A stretch of 27,290 bases of DNA from Cyclobacteriaceae bacterium (GTDB lineage: Bacteria > Bacteroidota > Bacteroidia > Cytophagales > Cyclobacteriaceae). A model generated the notes under the pieces. The model did no database searches, was not told the DNA's origin, and worked only from the letters and a program-made list of their open reading frames with translations. Where the stretch lies: positions 1 through 27,290 of the forward strand of contig JAOTYN010000001.1 of assembly GCA_029861825.1 (NCBI GenBank), given 5' to 3'. Made by a program: the position numbers and the translations under genes. Shown here piece after piece: positions 24,635 through 27,290 of this stretch (its first letter is position 1; the number at the start of each line of letters is the position of its first letter).

Positions 24635-26539
24635 TTGAGTATTAGCGATCAATCATTAGAAGAAATAAAAGCCCGCATCGAAATAGAGGAGGTGGTCTCG
24701 GATTTCCTTTCACTTAAACGCAAAGGCCAAAATCTATGGGCTTGCTGTCCCTTCCATGACGAGAAAACGCCTTCTTTTTCAGTTTCTCCGGCCAAGGGTA
24801 TTTTCAAGTGCTTTGGATGCGGAAAAGCCGGAGATGCCATTGAATTTGTCAAGGAGATTGAAGGTCTTGACTACCTGGAAGCCATGAAATTCCTGGGGAA
24901 GAAGTATGGGGTGGAGCTTGAAGAAGAGCCTCCCACTCCCGAAGACCTCGCCCGGCAAAGCCAGCGGGAAAGCCTTTTTATAGTGCTGAATTTCGCCAAA
25001 GAATATTTCCAGAAACTGCTGTGGGAACACGAACAGGGCCGAGCTATTGGATTGAGTTATTTCAAAGAGCGGGGTTATCCTGAAAAAGTGATAAAGATCT
25101 TTGAATTGGGATATAGTCTGGAAGCCTGGGATGCTTTGCGAAAAGCTGCCCTGGAGCAAGGATATCAGCAGAAGCTGCTGGTGGAGGCTGGATTGGTGGT
25201 GGAAAAAGAGGAAAAAGCCTATGATCGTTTTCGCGGAAGGGTCATTTTCCCTATTCACAACATTACCGGTAAGGTAATTGCATTTGGCGCGCGTACTCTA
25301 AATTCACAAAAGGGTCCGAAATATCTTAATTCCCCGGAAACGGATGTCTACCAGAAAAGCAAGGTATTATACGGCTTGTATCAAGGGCGTACCGCTATAC
25401 GTCAAGAGGACAATTGTTACCTGGTTGAAGGTTATACGGATGTCATTTCCATGCACCTTTCCGGAGTTCCTAATGTGGTGGCCTCCTCAGGTACCAGTCT
25501 CACGGAGGATCAGATCAAACTCATTAAAAGATACACGAATAATATCACGGTACTGTTCGATGGAGATACAGCAGGCATTAAAGCTTCCCTGCGGGGTATC
25601 GACATGATATTGTCCAGCGGTGCTAATGTACGGGTGGTGGAGTTTCCCCAAGGTGAAGACCCAGACAGTTACGCCACCAAGCTGGGAACCACGGAATTTA
25701 AGGACTTCCTCAACTATCAGGTGGCGGATTTTATCACCTACAAAACGCAGCTCTTCCTGCGTGAAGCACATGATGACCCATTTAAGCGGGTACAAACTAT
25801 TAAAGAAGTAGTGCTGAGTATATCCAAGATACCGGATCCACTGCAAAGAGCGGTCTATATGAAGAAATGTAGTGGGTTGCTGGATATTGATGAGAGTTTA
25901 CTGATCGGTGAACTCAATAAGTTACAGCTCAAAACGTCCCGTCAAGGGGTGCCGCCACCTACGTTGCGGACTGAGGATTTAACGGAGCTGACTAAAGAAC
26001 GGATCTCTCGGAACCCTAATGACGCCATAACCCACCAAGAAAGTGAGAGCATTAGATTGTTGTTGAACTACGGCAACAGTAAGCTCGATGACGATATGTT
26101 CCTGCATCAGTATTTCTTTCAGGAGCTGGCTGATGTAGAGTTCAAAACTCCGAAATATCAGACCATCCTGGAACTGCTGCACACCTGTGTCAAAGAACAG
26201 GGCCGAGTGGATGCCCAAATCCTTCTGGAGCGATCCCAAGGTGCCGTGAAATTGGAAATAATCAATTTGCTGTCGGACAAATATGAGATCAGCTCTCAGT
26301 GGATGGACAAATTTCAGATCTATGTACCCCAGGAAAAGGAAATCCTTTCAGACGTGGCTTACAGCAATTTACTGCGGTTGAAATACCGGGTAATAAAGAA
26401 ACTAATAGATGAAAATCGGGCCGAACTCAAACAGGTAGAAGCTCAGGATCAGCAGCAAAAGCTGCTTCAGGTAGATTTTGAGTTGAAAAAGTCCCGCAAT
26501 GAGTTGGCAAAATTACTGGGAATCGTAGTATCGGATTAG
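24635..26539 (+). CDS. dnaG: DNA primase
   Basis: Zn-binding CPFHDEKTPSF...CFGC, FRGRVIFPI, KYLNSPET, Toprim EGYTDV / FDGDTAG / DPD; TTG start. Confidence 0.98.
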   Translation: MSISDQSLEEIKARIEIEEVVSDFLSLKRKGQNLWACCPFHDEKTPSFSVSPAKGIFKCFGCGKAGDAIEFVKEIEGLDYLEAMKFLGKKYGVELEEEPPTPEDLARQSQRESLFIVLNFAKEYFQKLLWEHEQGRAIGLSYFKERGYPEKVIKIFELGYSLEAWDALRKAALEQGYQQKLLVEAGLVVEKEEKAYDRFRGRVIFPIHNITGKVIAFGARTLNSQKGPKYLNSPETDVYQKSKVLYGLYQGRTAIRQEDNCYLVEGYTDVISMHLSGVPNVVASSGTSLTEDQIKLIKRYTNNITVLFDGDTAGIKASLRGIDMILSSGANVRVVEFPQGEDPDSYATKLGTTEFKDFLNYQVADFITYKTQLFLREAHDDPFKRVQTIKEVVLSISKIPDPLQRAVYMKKCSGLLDIDESLLIGELNKLQLKTSRQGVPPPTLRTEDLTELTKERISRNPNDAITHQESESIRLLLNYGNSKLDDDMFLHQYFFQELADVEFKTPKYQTILELLHTCVKEQGRVDAQILLERSQGAVKLEIINLLSDKYEISSQWMDKFQIYVPQEKEILSDVAYSNLLRLKYRVIKKLIDENRAELKQVEAQDQQQKLLQVDFELKKSRNELAKLLGIVVSD

Positions 26540-26616
26540 ACCGGTTTTAACCCTGGGGCAAACAATTTCCCGCATTTTTGTATTAATTTTAATAGCAACA
26601 ACCCAGATTTTGAGTT

Positions 26617-27290
26617 ATGAGCGAGCATTTAACCACCCTTGATCCTATAGAAAGCGCCATTGAGGCCATTCAAAAGGGTGAAGTGGTCATAGTGGTAGAC
26701 GACGAAGACCGTGAAAATGAAGGCGATTTTATCTGCGCAGCAGAAAAGATCACTCCTGAAATCATAAATTTTATGGCCACCCACGGTCGCGGCTTGATTT
26801 GCACGTCTTTGGAAAATAAGCGATGTGAGGAACTAGGGCTTGACCTGATGGTAGGCCGTAATACCGACAGTTTTAAGACAGCCTTTACCATATCGGTTGA
26901 TTTAATTGGACAAGGCAATACCACAGGGATCTCGGCTAGTGATCGTGCCCGTACTATTCAGGCATTGGTAAATCAGCAAACCAAACCCCAGGAACTGGCC
27001 CGTCCCGGCCATATTTTTCCCCTCAGGGCTAAATCCGGAGGCGTTCTGCGTCGAGCCGGACATACCGAGGCATCTATCGACCTGGCACGATTAGCAGGCT
27101 TATATCCTTCCGGTGTGCTGGTAGAGATTATGAAGGAAAATGGTGAGATGGCGAGGCTGGAAGATCTTAAGAAGGTGGCTAAACGCTTTAACTTGAAACT
27201 GGTTTCCATCAAAGACCTCATCAATTACCGGCTACGTAAAGAAAGTCTAATTAAAAAAGAGGTCCGTGTCTCCCTGCCTACTGACCACGG
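26617..27290 (+). CDS. ribBA: 3,4-dihydroxy-2-butanone-4-phosphate synthase, probably bifunctional RibBA (partial, runs off the right edge; absent from the ORF track)
   Basis: ATG at 26617 reads [43 protein letters not shown]...HGRGLIC...TAFTISVD...[10 protein letters not shown]...RPGHIFPL...RAGHTEA...[10 protein letters not shown], and stays open into SLPTDH, as expected at the start of the GTP cyclohydrolase II half. Confidence 0.95.
   Translation, partial: MSEHLTTLDPIESAIEAIQKGEVVIVVDDEDRENEGDFICAAEKITPEIINFMATHGRGLICTSLENKRCEELGLDLMVGRNTDSFKTAFTISVDLIGQGNTTGISASDRARTIQALVNQQTKPQELARPGHIFPLRAKSGGVLRRAGHTEASIDLARLAGLYPSGVLVEIMKENGEMARLEDLKKVAKRFNLKLVSIKDLINYRLRKESLIKKEVRVSLPTDH

Noticed and set aside
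24635-26539. dnaG separated from rpsU/rpoD as an anomaly
   Set aside because: A stand-alone dnaG is ordinary in Bacteroidota.
26540-26616. FMN riboswitch upstream of ribBA
   Set aside because: The gap after dnaG is only 77 nt and has no RFN-element sequence motifs.
1-27290. Mobile elements, prophage or defence systems
   Set aside because: No transposase, integrase, phage structural, restriction-modification, toxin-antitoxin or Cas motifs, and no terminal inverted repeats were recognised.

Overview
Chromosomal housekeeping and accessory region of a Bacteroidota genome, probably Cytophagales. The assignment rests on two T9SS C-terminal sorting domains, a TTTG-N19-TAnnTTTG promoter, Gln at +1 of predicted signal peptides and no evident Shine-Dalgarno sites. 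Left to right: the 3' end of a P-loop kinase overlapping an APH-like phosphotransferase; a secreted CocE/NonD hydrolase; a TetR-NmrA-muconolactone-isomerase-like unit with two matching operators; an Fe-S-type Rrf2 regulator divergent from two atypical acyl-CoA dehydrogenase (ACAD)-fold genes; head-to-head Na/Pi and PiT phosphate transporters with four exact 11-bp-period repeats between them (Pho-box-like); a collapsed serine-hydrolase pseudogene; an unannotated 33-aa membrane sORF; HAD phosphatase and site-2 protease; ddl, PASTA protein, T9SS cargo and rhodanese; an M43 metalloprotease with duplicated modules; mrp-NifU; dnaG; and the 5' part of ribBA. The best candidate for an undescribed system is the Rrf2/ACAD pair (5694-8838). 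One ACAD lacks both canonical catalytic glutamates, and the other resembles a prolyl-carrier-protein dehydrogenase with no carrier protein or adenylation gene in the window. No rRNA, tRNA, CRISPR array, transposase or integrase was seen. All family calls come from manual motif recognition; no database search was run.
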